A DNA stretch of 64,000 nucleotides from Lytechinus pictus. Its lineage: Eukaryota. Each line of letters starts with the position of its first letter. Within the stretch, counting starts at the first letter, position 1. Shown here piece after piece: positions 1 through 12,931 of this stretch. A model generated the notes under the pieces. That model was given only the letters and a program-made list of their open reading frames with translations, had not been told where the DNA came from and did no database searches. Position numbers and translations under genes: made by a program. The stretch covers positions 6,946,001-7,010,000 of the forward strand of contig NC_087245.1 of NCBI RefSeq assembly GCF_037042905.1, in the 5' to 3' direction.

Positions 1-74
1 TGATGAATCAACACACTACATGAAATGAAGGCAGACTCTGTCAGTATCTTCAATCAAAGTCATCACCAACTTAC

Positions 75-134
75 AATTCAGACTGTGTTACAGATTCATT
101 CCAAGTTTTTACTTTGGTACTCGTCCAAATATAC
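75..134 (-). CDS. TPD52-family 60-nt phase 2-2 exon, copy B (YIWTSTKVKTWNESVTQSEL)
   Basis: Acceptor ttctctag at 135-142, donor gtaagt at 69-74; resembles the TPD54 insert YVKTSEKLGEWNEKVTQSDL (recalled). Confidence 0.85.
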
Positions 135-3100
135 CTAGAGAATTCCAGCAAAAAGCATAACAATGAGAAGTTAGGAATTTTGCTCAAACCAAAAATGAGT
201 TAATTTGAGTCTACAAGGATATTCAACTTCACTGCGTTAAAGGAATAACTATTCAATATCAGGTAGCTGCATAATTGACTTCTTATCGACTATGTTTTGA
301 ATGCATACTGCTAACCACAGTACTAGAATTGTTTTATGAGCTGAATGTTACAGCTTGAGATAATGTACCTGAACCAAATTTGCAATGCAATAATCAAGCT
401 GCAAATGGATTAAAAACATACATGTACAATGACTGAATCATTATCTTTATTTAATAGCTGTATCATTGAGGCCATGAACAGCACTGAACATGTACATGTA
501 AGCTGCCTGCAGTTGTGACAACTTGTGCATAAAGATTATAATTATTGCTTCTTATAATGTGTTAGCTCTCATTTCCATTCGAACATGAAATATCAGTTCA
601 CAAGCAAAGTTATTGATGACTTTTATACATGTACATGTATGTGCCATTCTTCTTGCATGAACCATATATATCTAGGAGTACATCAAATTGATGATTTAGA
701 CAATTAGTAAAGTCACAACTCATACAACAAATAGTGGAAATACAAAAATATTCCAATAAATTGACCTCATGCCTCAACAAAAGGTGAGAATATGGGAATT
801 CTGGGGCCTGTTTCATAAAGGACTTACAACTGTTGTAACTTTGCCATAATGGCAACTACCATGGTAAAAGGCCTAGCAGCCAATCATAATCAAGGTTACC
901 ATGGTAGTTGCCATAATGGCAAAGTTAAAACAGTTGCAAGTCCTTTATGAAACGGGCCCCAGATCTTTTCAACATACTTTTTAAGCACCCCCTCCCCCCT
1001 TCCAGAAAAGGGGGAAATTGAGGGGTGGAGAGGTGGAAACCGAAAAAAAAAGAAGTTATGAAAAAGGGACATGGCCAACAGGCCAAGAAAAAGAAGAGGG
1101 TGTGTGTAGAAATAAGAAAAAAGAGAGGGTTATCATAAAAATCAACTTTCAGTGATATAAATATGAACATTTATGCCCAAAAAACTACCCTCTTGTACTA
1201 TGGAAGGGACAGTAAAAAGATAAATATAAGTTTGTCGACCTATTCTGTATTCAAATAACCAGCAAAATACAGAAGCACATGATTATAAAAACACCTGAGT
1301 GATAGTAAGGCCAATTGACAAAGCAATTAATTAAATTTAAAGAGAAACATCAGCATGCAATTCCATCCAAATCATGTATGTCTTGTCTTGATGTAGGAGT
1401 TTACTGATTTGAAATGTTTAATATACCATTCATAATTCTCCCTAATGCATATAGCTGCCGCCTGTGGTGCTCTAATTTTTTCATTCAATTATTGGAAACT
1501 TCTGGTTATAACGAGCATACGCTTACTTTACTCACATTTATGCTGAAGATATTATTCATTTATGGTTACAATCTTGTAAATAAAAGGTACTTTACAATTT
1601 AACATGATAAATGGGATTTTTCTCTGAAATGGCCCAATGCTGGGCCATGGAAACTATGGGAAATATCGCTGGATGAGGACCGTTACTTGGGTCAGGTGAA
1701 ATATTGGTCATGCACAAAGCCATCGTCTGGTGGCACACACCGGCGCTTGCGTTCTGCCTCGGCTTGGTCGCACTCTTCTCTGATGAGGCTTTCCTGGCAA
1801 GAGTTGCAATTTAAATTTATTTGTTTTATAGGTTGAACTTGTAGGAACATTTCCTTTATTTAAAGTCTATTAATGGCAAAACAGACACTCTCCGAAAACT
1901 GGTCATTGTGTTGATAGATTTCTGCTCGTGAAAGGTACATGAATGTTTACAAGGTTGGAAATGACAAGTTCAATGCGTTTTGCATACGTGTCTAAAGCAT
2001 TAGTGATATCGCACCCCGCCGTAAAACCGGAAGTGTACATGTACATCCCAAATGCAATCGATCAGATATCGGTATTGCAGGTTGATATTCTTTGATGTCA
2101 GCTATATGTGATAGGGAGAATTAAAACATACTTTTTATTTTATCAAGCCTTGCTGCTGGTTACTAGCAAAATGCCTGTTAAATCAGAATCGCATGAATTT
2201 TATTTTAAGTACATGCAACCATTCCTACAAATTCTTTGGGATATACAGTGGTGCTAAAAAGTTAGTGAACCCAACCTGAAAATGCGCTCCTTCATACTGA
2301 GTGTTGAATGTAGACAACAACACTACAATGTCCGGCGAGCCCAGAGAAACAAACTTTACTGAATGTAAACTTGGCAGAACTTGAACACTTTAAAATATGT
2401 TAATTTTCTGGTGGGGTTCAATAACTTTATAGCACCATTGTTTTATGGTACTGATCAAGACAAAAGACTTTGGGCTGGTCCATATTCCTGATGAAAGCAG
2501 AAGTCCTTGCATTGCATTTAAAAAAACGCAAATACCATTTCTTAGTGGTGTAGACAATCTCATTCATCCTGAACCATCCTCACTCAGTGACTTTTCTGAG
2601 ATTTTTTTTTTTTACTTTGTGTTGATGTATTTGTCAGTGCTATTCACAGTCAAAGAATTATCATGGAGTTGGTGAACATTTTACAGCCCCTAAGAAGAAT
2701 AATAATATTCTACAGTACAGCCTTTCCCAAGGTTGCTAGGCCTACATGTACATCATTCTAATATTTGCTTAATAATCAAACTTCATAAGGTTTCTTTTTT
2801 ATATATAATTACACCTACATGTATAAAATTGCATTTAATGAAAGCATTAGAAACAACTATGAGACGACAAGAATGTGAGATTATTTCATGTTATACCCAA
2901 CAAATGTCCAACATATAAAACAAGATGCATTGATAATGCAAGACAGATCCTCATTCATATTCATGTGTTTTGTTTAAATCCGGGCTGATTTAATTAGAAA
3001 CATCCAAGTTTAATTCAATCATGCGCAAGTGAAAAGTCTTATAAAATTTACTAGTCCAAGAGTTTGCTTAATAAAGTCATGCACATACATGTATGCAGAA

Positions 3101-6100
3101 TTACAGTCTGAATAGAGCATTGCTTATTGTATTAAATGGGAAATATATTCTATGTATTTGGTTTTAGAAAATGCTCTCCAAAAACAAAGAGAAAGTGTCA
3201 AATTTACATCACTATACCCCTAAAGGGATATTTGTCTTGCTTCTTGATTGGACTAAATTAAAGCAAATTGTATTGGTTTGGATCAAATCAAAATTCATTA
3301 GCCACATGATATGAATGGGGTCTATGATGGTGCAATGATGCAAGGGAAAGGAGACGGAAGAAGAACCAACAAGCAACTAGAGAGGAATTATGGGAAGATA
3401 GCATTTAAATGATTAGCTTGCTGTACATACGCCTCTGATGATGTGATGGATTCATTCCACTCCGACATCTTGTTGGATGTATTCACAAAGCTAGAGGGCA
3501 AAAGTCACGGTTAGCACAAGTTTAAATACATGTAGCCATCATCAATACACACAGAAAAGATAAACTGATGACAGTCAGGAATGAGGATCATAATATAGCA
3601 AAGTGAGCAAAGTTTGATAGAAAAGATCAATCAATGCACATTGATATTTCTAGAATTTATTAAATATGACATAATGCTGTTATTCACTATTAACACAGAT
3701 ATATGTATAGAGCAGATACATATTCATAGCTATTTAGTTATAAAAAGGAATTTATTTGGGCTTTTACTTTTCATATCAGAAATGATTATAATTTCATTAC
3801 AAAAAACATTGATATTAATGTCAATTAACCATTTACTCCTTCAACAGTAGGTAAAAAAAGCTGCCAGCAAAGATATGCAAAATACATGATGCTGTCCGAT
3901 CATCAGCATAATTTTCCGGAAAATATGGGCGTTGACCAATTCTAGCAAAAAATCAAGTCCCCCAGAGCAATTGATGACTTTGGGGTGTAAACCTAATATA
4001 ATCCTTCTTTTAATGGAATAGATGTGTGCATTGATACTCCATTCATAAAGAAATGTTAAAGAAATAAAACAATGGGAAAACATTTAGGGTTATGACAAAC
4101 TAGTAAACCCAACTAAAACAAGGTACAAACACAAGGAAAGACTTTCAAATAAATGAAAATCATACTAATTATGTTCAGGAAAAACATGACAGGGGTACTC
4201 CAGTAACACTTGATAAAGTTTTATTCATCATTTTGAAGAGAGAATGGGCTAACCATGTATTTCAGAAAAGCATTTAAATAATTTCTCAGATATATGGAAA
4301 ATGAAAATTATTATTTAAGTTTATTCATATTTAGGGAGAATATTATAGAAATAAAGAAAAAAATGCTCAACTGCAAAACATACCCTTCCATAATTATCAT
4401 GATAAAAACAAAAGAAAAATCAGACCTGTCCCATGCACTGATCTCTATGTGCAGCACATGCTACTTTCATCATGATGAAGACTTTGAACAGCTAAAACCA
4501 GAACTTACTTGGGTTTAATAACAATACATCTTTGTTTTATAACACTTCTTTCATATTAAAGTGCAATATACAAGGTAGTGAAGAGAACTTGACATTATTT
4601 TAATAAGGGGATACCTACGCGCTAGATTGTTTGAAATTTGACCATCCAGCCTTGACGTCACCCTTGAGTACTGCTACAGGGGTGATTCCTAATTTTCTTC
4701 TGATCTCCTTTGCTTTCAACTCTTTGGCTCTTAGTGTCTGTCTCAGTGCTTCAATATCCAATTCAACCTGATAATCATAGAATTGACAGCAATCAGAATG
4801 TTGATTCTAACACTATAAATTCTACTTCTACAAAAAAATATAAAAACTACTGCAACTATTGCTTCTGCTGGTATTACTACAAGTTTGAAGTATCAATTTT
4901 TTAGATGAGAAGCTTCTGAGCAGCTAGATCTTCAGTCTGACGTGACTGTCGTGACAGGCCCCTTCATAGGTTGATATATTCACGAGTTTTCATCCAGTGT
5001 TTCATGTACATGTATACATCAACTATTATACATGCTGAATTCTTGCAGTATTACAAACATCTATATTTTTGCAATATCCACTGATAAATTGACATTGCCA
5101 CAGCATACATGTATGTTCGATGATGTATTAATATACACAAAGGCAAGGGCATTCTATTGTAATAAAATTCAGTCTGGAGAATATGGCATTCACCGCGACA
5201 CCTGCATCAGGGAGTTCGGAGTCATACACCCTTTGAAAGAGATTTAAAAATGTAGTCTAAGCCAGGGAATTCCCTGATCTAACTATTATATCAAAGGTAT
5301 GCCCCATTTTACATGTACCTCTTCAAATTGTCTGGCCATTCCTGGTCAGGCAATGCTCATTCATATAGGCCTACCTTTTATAGACTATTTCAAGTAAATA
5401 TTCTTACATAGATTTAATACGGCTTCAGGTTAATCTAGCTTGACTTTTCAAACACTTTGTGGAGCCTACTCTTGGCTTATACCACCTGATAGAAGTCTGT
5501 GATTTTTTTCTGACTGGATTTTGTTCAAACATTCACTTGACTTCTTCTCTATTTTTTTTTTCTTTTAAAGAGGTTGGATTTGCATCAAAGACTGACATCA
5601 AACGAGAAACAGCACAATACCTCTGCTAGTTCTGTTTTAAGTCTTTCCCTCTCAGCATCATCAATTGAGAGGTTCTCATTTGTAGGACTGGCTAGTTCAC
5701 TGGGTGTACTTGCTGGTGACTGCTCAAACAAAGGGGTGGAGTCACCTCTTCCTCCTGACTGATCTTCAGAAACTATAATGGTAAAAGGGGAAAAAGGAAA
5801 TAATTGTTTCAGATGCTTGCATTTACAGATGAAAAACAAATGGAAGAAAATGTATATAAAATGATTTCAAAATATATTCATCAAAGCTTCTATAAATCTA
5901 TGTGTAAAATCAAAATCACAAATCTAATTTATGAGGGAAAATTGTTACAATATACAGGAACATGGTCATAAAGTACACCTCTACATGTATGTCAGTGAAA
6001 AAAAAAGTTTATGTCCAAACTGCATAATGCCAATCTGCTGAAGGTGAAAAAGATAAATGAACACTATTTTCATTTCAAGAAATAACGAAGATTCCCCAAT

Positions 6101-9100
6101 TAAACATATTACAGGGACCTGTAAAACTTGGACCACCCGCTTTTAATAAAAGACAGTTTTTCTTGTTTCCCTGTGATGGTAATTATAGACACAACAAATT
6201 GTTTTAGCAAGAGCAACACCAATAGTAACTTATTATTGTATATGTTTTGTATTGAACCCCCCAATAGAGATGTGGTTCCAAGCAAAATCTGAACTTCAAG
6301 ATACTGTTATATCAATGTACACAATTATCAAGCATGTACTCTCAATAAAACTTTATTACATAATCACACTTCATGTCTAATCCGTACAACTGACTATAGT
6401 GTACGGAGTCCTATGATATCCACACACAATTGTTTTTCAATTCATATACAATATGATTCATCATTGGTATACATGTAGACCTCTTTTGCCATCATGAAGG
6501 TGCTGGTCACGCAGTAAGCCTTATTCCAAGGTTAGTATCATGCTTGAATAACAATGTACAATAAAGAAAAGCAAATTATTCTTAGAAAATTGACTTCTTT
6601 TCTTCCTAAAGAACCTAAGAAGGAATACCTCTTGCCCAGACTACATGTAGAGTGTTCTTGTGACAAAAATTCAATCACCAAAACGTACATTCATCAGCTG
6701 ATTGGCTGAGCATTTTTACAAAGAGTACAACACATGTACGGGTGTATACAAACAGTTGTACAGTAAGGTATTTCCCAACTCTCAGCAAATGCTAAAGGAC
6801 AAGTCCACCCCAACAAAATGTTGAATCGCATAAAAAGAGAAAAATCCAACAAGCATAACAATAACAATTTCATCAAAATAGGTTGTAAAATAAGAAAGTT
6901 ATGACATTTTAAAGTTTTGCTTAATTTCACAAAACAGTTACATGCACATCCTGGTTGCAATGAGGAGACTGATGGTGTCATCCACTCACTATTTAATTTC
7001 TTTTGTATTTTATGATATGAAACTAATTTTCTAATTTTCTCCTCATTCTCAATTGAAGCAACAATTAGTTCCTTCCTGAACCTATATGGAATTAGCATTG
7101 TTCAATACTATATGGTTCAGTCAAGTTAGTCGTTATAGTCAAATACACAATGTGTAGAAAATAAAATATTGAATTAAAAAAAAAAAAAATAGTGAGTGAA
7201 GGACATCATCGTCTAGATCTCATTTGCTTTTCACTGAATTGTGCATATCGCTGTTTCGTGAAAAACAAGCGAAATTTTAAAATAACGTAACTTTCTCATT
7301 TTACATTCGATATTGATGAAAATTTCAGCGTTATGTTAGTTTAATTTTCTCTATTTATTCAAATCAACATAAACAACATTAGTTTAAAAGGAGAGAGATA
7401 TATGCTACATGCTCACTGCAGATGATGAACAATATTTATCAAAGCAAAATATTTGACAATGCTAAAGATCACATCACAAATATGTTAATTCCTAAAATGT
7501 TAGCATCAACTTGGAATTGAGACAGTCTTTCTTTGCCTTTATTTCTCTGTGGTATAGTCCTTAATTCTTAATTAGTATCAATGCTTAATACACAAATTTA
7601 TAAAATACAGGTTATCCATATAAACATACTTACACATTTTATTGGTATAAAAATGTGACATGCTTCCATTTACTTCAAAATAATGATTGCGGTTTTGTGG
7701 TACATGTATTTCTGTGCCAAACTTTGGAATGCATCAATCGTTATAAAACAATTATGGAATCATAATCAGATGATGTAAAAGTCCTGTCAAAGAAAGGTGC
7801 TCAGATCTCAACAGAAAAACAACTTTTCCTTCTGATGAACTAAAATATCAGCGTCAACACACATCCAGTATACCAAGTCCAAAGTACATCCAACACTTCT
7901 GCCAAATGGTCGGAAAAACAGATGAGATTAGGCAGATCATATTCTAAACTAGAAGTAGTATGCTGTATGTATTTCTTGCAATGGTTTGTAGTCATAAATG
8001 TATACACACTGTATAACACATTTCCTGGCCTTTGTGCATTCAAGGATTAGCTAGGCTACATGTAGGGCTTGCCTCTATACAAAACGACCATGTTCAGACA
8101 AGTAGAATTTAACTCATGAATATACTATATACAGTACACTCCCGGGGGGGGGGGGGGGGGGCCACTTCCATTGACAAGTGGATACCATGCGCGACCTTGG
8201 GGTCTCGAAAAGCACCCTAAACACGTATTTTCCATATTCTGAAAATGCACCCCTTAACAAGTATTTGCGTGTGATGAAACCCTACCCTTAACAAGTATTG
8301 GAAACAAAACGATACTCTTGGTAAGTATTCTCTGAATTGAACCCCTAAACAAGTACAGCAATATTTTAATTGTTATGTCACGGACGTCGGTCATCGGTTT
8401 TACCTTCTACATCGTTGGGTTTAGTACAGCCTCACCTCCCACACCTTGCACATATCGTACTCTAAACAGGTAGTGTTGACTCTTTGGGCAAAAAGTACAT
8501 CTTTATAAAACAATTTAGTCTTTATTTTTATACCATCGCAAATTTGACCCTAAACAAGTAGCTTCCTAGCAAAAATAGATACCCTTTTTTCATTATTTTA
8601 GTGTTTTTGACACCCTTATTACGTTATGTACGTACATGTAACATGCCCTATCTTGAAAAAGACATCCTTTTTACATGTTTTTTTGGTCGCGCATAGTATC
8701 CACTCGTCAATGTAAGTGGCCCCCCCCCCCCCCCCCCGGGAGTACAATACAAACAATCACATAACATTATAACCTTTAATTACAAAACAAACATGTAAAA
8801 TGTCATTCAGTTTGCTACTTTTTTAATACAAGCCTGTGTTTCTCTAAAACGCCAATAATTTTCTGCTAGTTGTCGCCTATCAAGTACTGTACATGTAAAC
8901 GTATGAACACACCATTACTTTCATATCCATTCATTATCAATTCCCAAACCAATTCCTCACCATATATTGTTTTGAGTCATCTCCCATTGACATTGTGAAA
9001 ATAGATATTTATTTAACACCTACTCTCTCTCCCCCTCTGTTTTTTTTTACTCATCAGAGGGGAACACAGACAAGGAATTTCTAGCAAATAAAACAAATTT

Positions 9101-12100
9101 TTAAAATGAAAGCCTACAGTATTTTTTCTGTATCCACAAGATTCATATTATTTAGATTGAAGAGCTTCTACATGTCTAATACCATTACCATGTTTGATGA
9201 TTATAATGATTGTAGTGCTCATTTCTGTTATGTTTGTTGGATACAAACACTCCACGATTATAGCCCAGTTTAAGATTGCATGAGACATACATGTACATGT
9301 ACACGTATATAATTGTGTATATGTACTATGTCAGCATGAAAAGCAAATTTTCAATCAAATCTAATTCTTTGATTTTTAAATGCTTATCATTAAATCTGTA
9401 AGATGTACGATAATGGTGATGGTCGGCAAGCTTTAGGACAAATAACTTTAACCTTTAAATTCAGTTTATCTCAGACCTTGGCACAGAACAAATGACTGAT
9501 AGTGATGCAAATTAAGAGGCAATTGTAATATCAGGAAGGAGGTTATTGGCAACTTGTTTCATGACTCTGACATTTGATTCTTTAAATGTCTCAATTTTTT
9601 TTTTCAGAGTTCACAAGTATTTTAAAACTTAACAGCGAGTATGATGTAGATGATTGATGACACATAATCATTATCATTACTATCATATTTCAATATCATC
9701 ACAACTATGCTAATCAATACTACCAAAAACTGTTTTATTATATTTCATATTTTCATTTCCATTATGAACATTATAACAACTGTAAATTTATAGTTCTAGA
9801 AAATCATTTTCATTACTACCGGTAATTGTAAAACAAAATTACTATTTCACAAACCTGTATTTCATTATGTAATAAGTCAATCTAATTCAATTGTTTATTT
9901 AATTTGTATCTTCATGTATTATTAGGGAATTGGGTGATTAATACAAGCATCATTGATTATGAATTATTATCATAATCATTATTATCGCTGTTGTGATTAT
10001 TATTGTTGACTGTTGTTACTATTATTAGATATTACTGTTATTGTTGTTTTTAGTATTATTATTATTATTATAACTATTACTATTATTATCATCATCATCA
10101 GCAGCAGCAGCGGTCAGTGCTTCCACTCTTCCCGGAATCAAGGAAATTCTGATAAGTTTTGCAATTTTCCAGGACAATTCTAGGAAGTGAGTAATTCTGG
10201 GAAGTTTTCCTGGAATTTATCATTTCCGGGAAGATTTCCTGGATATTCTATGATCTTGGGAAAAAAACTTTAAAAAAAAAGAAAATGGGGGGCAAATTGG
10301 GGCTAAGGATCGCATCGGTCGTTGATTGGCTTCTTTGGCTCCGTAGCCTGAACTGAAACTAATTTTAACCTATATAGAGATGTACTGTATTGACACTAAG
10401 AACAATCACTCGCATGCATTGACGCGCGTGCCGTGCAGCTGTGATGAATTGAAACGCAGCAGCCGCCATCTTAAAGAGGGCGAAAGCACAGATTCATAAT
10501 ACATGACCCAAAATTTTCATTGTTTTTCATACTTTTACACTATATTTTTAAAATTGAATTTAATACTGTATGCAGCGTGAATATCACAAGGAAGAATATT
10601 TTTGCATTATATGATACCCAAGCATATTTATGAGATGAACTGAACTTTGAAATAAGGGGGGAAATGACAAGGTGATTCATTTTTAACATTGGTACAGGGC
10701 AGTGTCAAATCAGCTGCATTCCTACATGTAATATAGTTCATGGGCTTATAATGCTTCACATTCACTTTTATTCTATGGATAATGAATTCAATTCTTTTAA
10801 TAAATTCTTAGAATTTCTTAGTAGTTTTTATGCCTTTTAAGCAATCTAGCCCCATAGGGCATTTAATAACACATTCCAAATTGGGTGCCCTTAATTTCCT
10901 TGAAAATTACAATTTTTATTATATTTTTTGTCAGGCAAAAATCAGATAAAAGTATAACAACATTTTCATTACTCTTGTTTTGCTGTAATCTGGACAATTG
11001 CTAGTGAGTTTGATCACAGTCCATAAATTTTATTTGCATTATTTTTCTGAAGAAAAAAAATGCCCCTAGGGGCACTTTTAGAAAATTCGCCTACAAGCTA
11101 CTTAATTGATTCTATAATGACTTTGACATTGATACCTACGAGAAGGTAGACATAATAATTAGGTGTGATTTTATTGGGAACAAAATATTATTAAAGGGCA
11201 CGATTTTGTGCTATTTCACAACTAAAAATAGCTCCCATCCATCCATGTGATGTCACCCACTTTTTAAACAATGTTAAAAAAGTTCTCACTTCTCATGTTG
11301 TGGCTAAAGCTGCCTTAAAGCATAAGAAATTGCTTGCGATGTGAATTTATGGCAATTAATTAGCAATATACATATATAGGGGCCCATAAGGGCCAGGTCA
11401 CCCCTCCCTGCCTATAATCCCAATATTTTGTTTAATCATTTTTTGATTGGGAGCCCATTTTTTAAATTCCAGAAACTTTCAGAGTAAATTCCAGGAGGTT
11501 TCGTTGGAAGTGGAAGCAGTCGCAGCAACAACAGCAGCAGTAGAAGTAGGGTTATTCCATAAAGTACTATAAATTAGTAGAATCAAAGAATATTAACTCA
11601 TGAAAAACAAGTGTATGCTACTGGAATAAAAAAAAGTATCAATTTATCCTCCATCATGGTATGTACATGTATGACTAGAAGCATGGCAGTTTCATTTCAT
11701 CTTTGCATTTATAATATGTATTGTACAGTATGATTTGTCTATAAATACTAGGAGATCAAAGCTGCCTGATGCTCATTAAAATATTGATTTTATTCTAGCC
11801 ACAAAAGCACCAATACATGTCAAGATATGTTATGGATATGGTATTTTCGGTTGCATGTCAGAACTTATTGTGTATTGTGATTTTAACCTTTCATCCTTTT
11901 TTACACCTGTTTATGACCTGGTGATTTAATTCATGAAAACAGACACATAGACATCAACAGAGACATTTTTTTAATTGATACAGTTCAAAATGATAAATAG
12001 TCACTATTTAGTATTGGATTGCCATATTTCTCTAAGGGGGAGGGGATAATTTGTACTAAACTTCATTAGTAAACAGAAGTTAGCACTAGACAACTGTATC

Positions 12101-12931
12101 CTGTATTCATACCATATGCTAATTCTCTCATAGGTGGTGGGGGGGGGGGGAGTAATTTGTATAGATCTTCTAATCATGGAAATGTAACTGTGATATAAAT
12201 GATTAATTGCATAAAATGAAAGAAAGACTCATCAGAGAAAAGCATTTTCCTGTAGGATACACCTTGTTCAAATCAAATTTGCAATACATGTACATGTAAA
12301 TTCAATAGATCAAAACCCTAGTCTTGTAGTAATCTCCAAAAAGTTTATTTTCATATTTTTTACACCTGAATTCCTTTTAAATAAATCTCGAGTTTAAATT
12401 TTGTAATTTTGATAATAAAAGCCTATAAATGAAGTGAATATTGATGTAATGAATATTTGGCCATCTTGAAATAGACTAAAAACCTGTTATAGCAGGAGTT
12501 GTTGCAGTAGTGCTTGTGGCAGATGATGTCATGTCCTCATCATGGGTGGATGACTCAGGTCCAGAATCTGGACCATCTAGGTCTGGAACTAAGGCTAGAT
12601 AAGTTGAATAGCTTGGGGCATCCTTGAGTGGTGACTTGTAACTTTGATTGTCCGTCTCCAACTCATTACCTTCTTCCTGTGAACAGTATCCATCTTCCTC
12701 AGGAGATGAAACAATCTGTCTTGACCCATCCTCTGGCTTCCTTGTTGCCTTTGGTCTTGCAGTTCTGTTTTGATCAGTTGGTTGAGTAGGCTCCATGTCA
12801 AGGAAGCTCCACTCAGAGTCACCGTCGTCAAAGTTGTAAAGTCTGTGGTCCAAGATTGGGGAGCGGGAATTAAAACTTGGTGTGGTTGTTTGGACGGCTA
12901 TATCACAGCTTGCTTTTGGCGGAGGATCCAT
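75..12931 (-). CDS. TPD52L2: TPD52/TPD54 (tumor protein D52 family) gene, 5' part; join(12931-12484, 5772-5621, 4767-4619, 3490-3431, 134-75), continues beyond the left edge
   Basis: Exons with GT-AG ends and compatible phases (1,0,2,2) translate to ...ERERLKTELAE|VELDIEALRQTLRAKELKAKEIRRKLGITPVAVLKGDVKAGWSNFKQSSA|FVNTSNKMSEWNESITSSEA..., matching the D52 coiled-coil motif (ELAKVEEEIxTLRQVLAAKE...KRKLG) as I recall it. Family assignment is solid; the exact paralog name is not. Confidence 0.85.
804..959. mobile_element. Palindromic MITE, PIF/Harbinger-like
   Basis: Near-perfect foldback gggcctgtttcataaaggactt...aagtcctttatgaaacgggccc with CTG/CAG flanks; decayed relatives near 31261-31393 and 33740-33855. 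Confidence 0.7.
2246..2440. mobile_element. Short Tc1/mariner-like MITE
   Basis: TA|cagtggtgctaaaaagttagtgaaccc ... ggggttcaataactttatagcaccattg imperfect TIRs. Confidence 0.6.
3431..3490 (-). CDS. TPD52-family 60-nt phase 2-2 exon, copy A (FVNTSNKMSEWNESITSSEA)
   Basis: Acceptor ccctctag, donor gtatgt; in frame with exon 4619-4767. Confidence 0.85.
4619..4767 (-). CDS. TPD52-family coiled-coil exon (VELDIEALRQTLRAKE...WSNFKQSSA)
   Basis: 149 nt, phase 0-2, ttatcag acceptor and gtaggt donor; D52 core motif. Confidence 0.9.
5621..5772 (-). CDS. TPD52-family exon (VSEDQSGGRG...ERERLKTELAE)
   Basis: 152 nt, phase 1-0, attatag acceptor and gtattg donor; lies inside ORF 5585-5839. Confidence 0.88.
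6795..7370. mobile_element. Non-autonomous foldback DNA element (Kolobok-like AGG terminus family)
   Basis: Begins aggacaagtccacccc; long imperfect subterminal inverted arms; homologous to the element at 17636-19570. Confidence 0.55.
8141..8740. mobile_element. Poly-G-terminated MITE with 8-bp TSD, copy 1
   Basis: TIR CCCGG(G)nCCACTT-CATTGAC-AGTGGATAC-ATGCGCGACC; TSD agtacact/agtacaat; inverted homolog at 26454-27066. Confidence 0.85.
10115..11521. mobile_element. Non-autonomous hAT-like element inserted in a (CAG)n tract
   Basis: Termini cagtgcttccact ... agtggaagcagtc; subterminal ttcc(a/g)ggaa motifs at both ends; TSD degenerate. Confidence 0.5.
12484..12931 (-). CDS. Large acidic Ser/Thr-rich N-terminal exon (MDPPPKASC...TPAIT), probable alternative first coding exon of the TPD52-family gene
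   Basis: Long GC-richer ORF (12476-12994). ATG at 12931; phase-1 donor ACAG|gttttt at 12483 fits the phase-1 acceptor of exon 5772. Confidence 0.6.

Noticed and set aside
6694..7098. 134-aa minus-strand ORF and the many other 60-110 aa ORFs in the track
   Set aside because: They lie in MITEs or AT-rich introns, have low-complexity F/I/L/K composition and lack splice or motif support.
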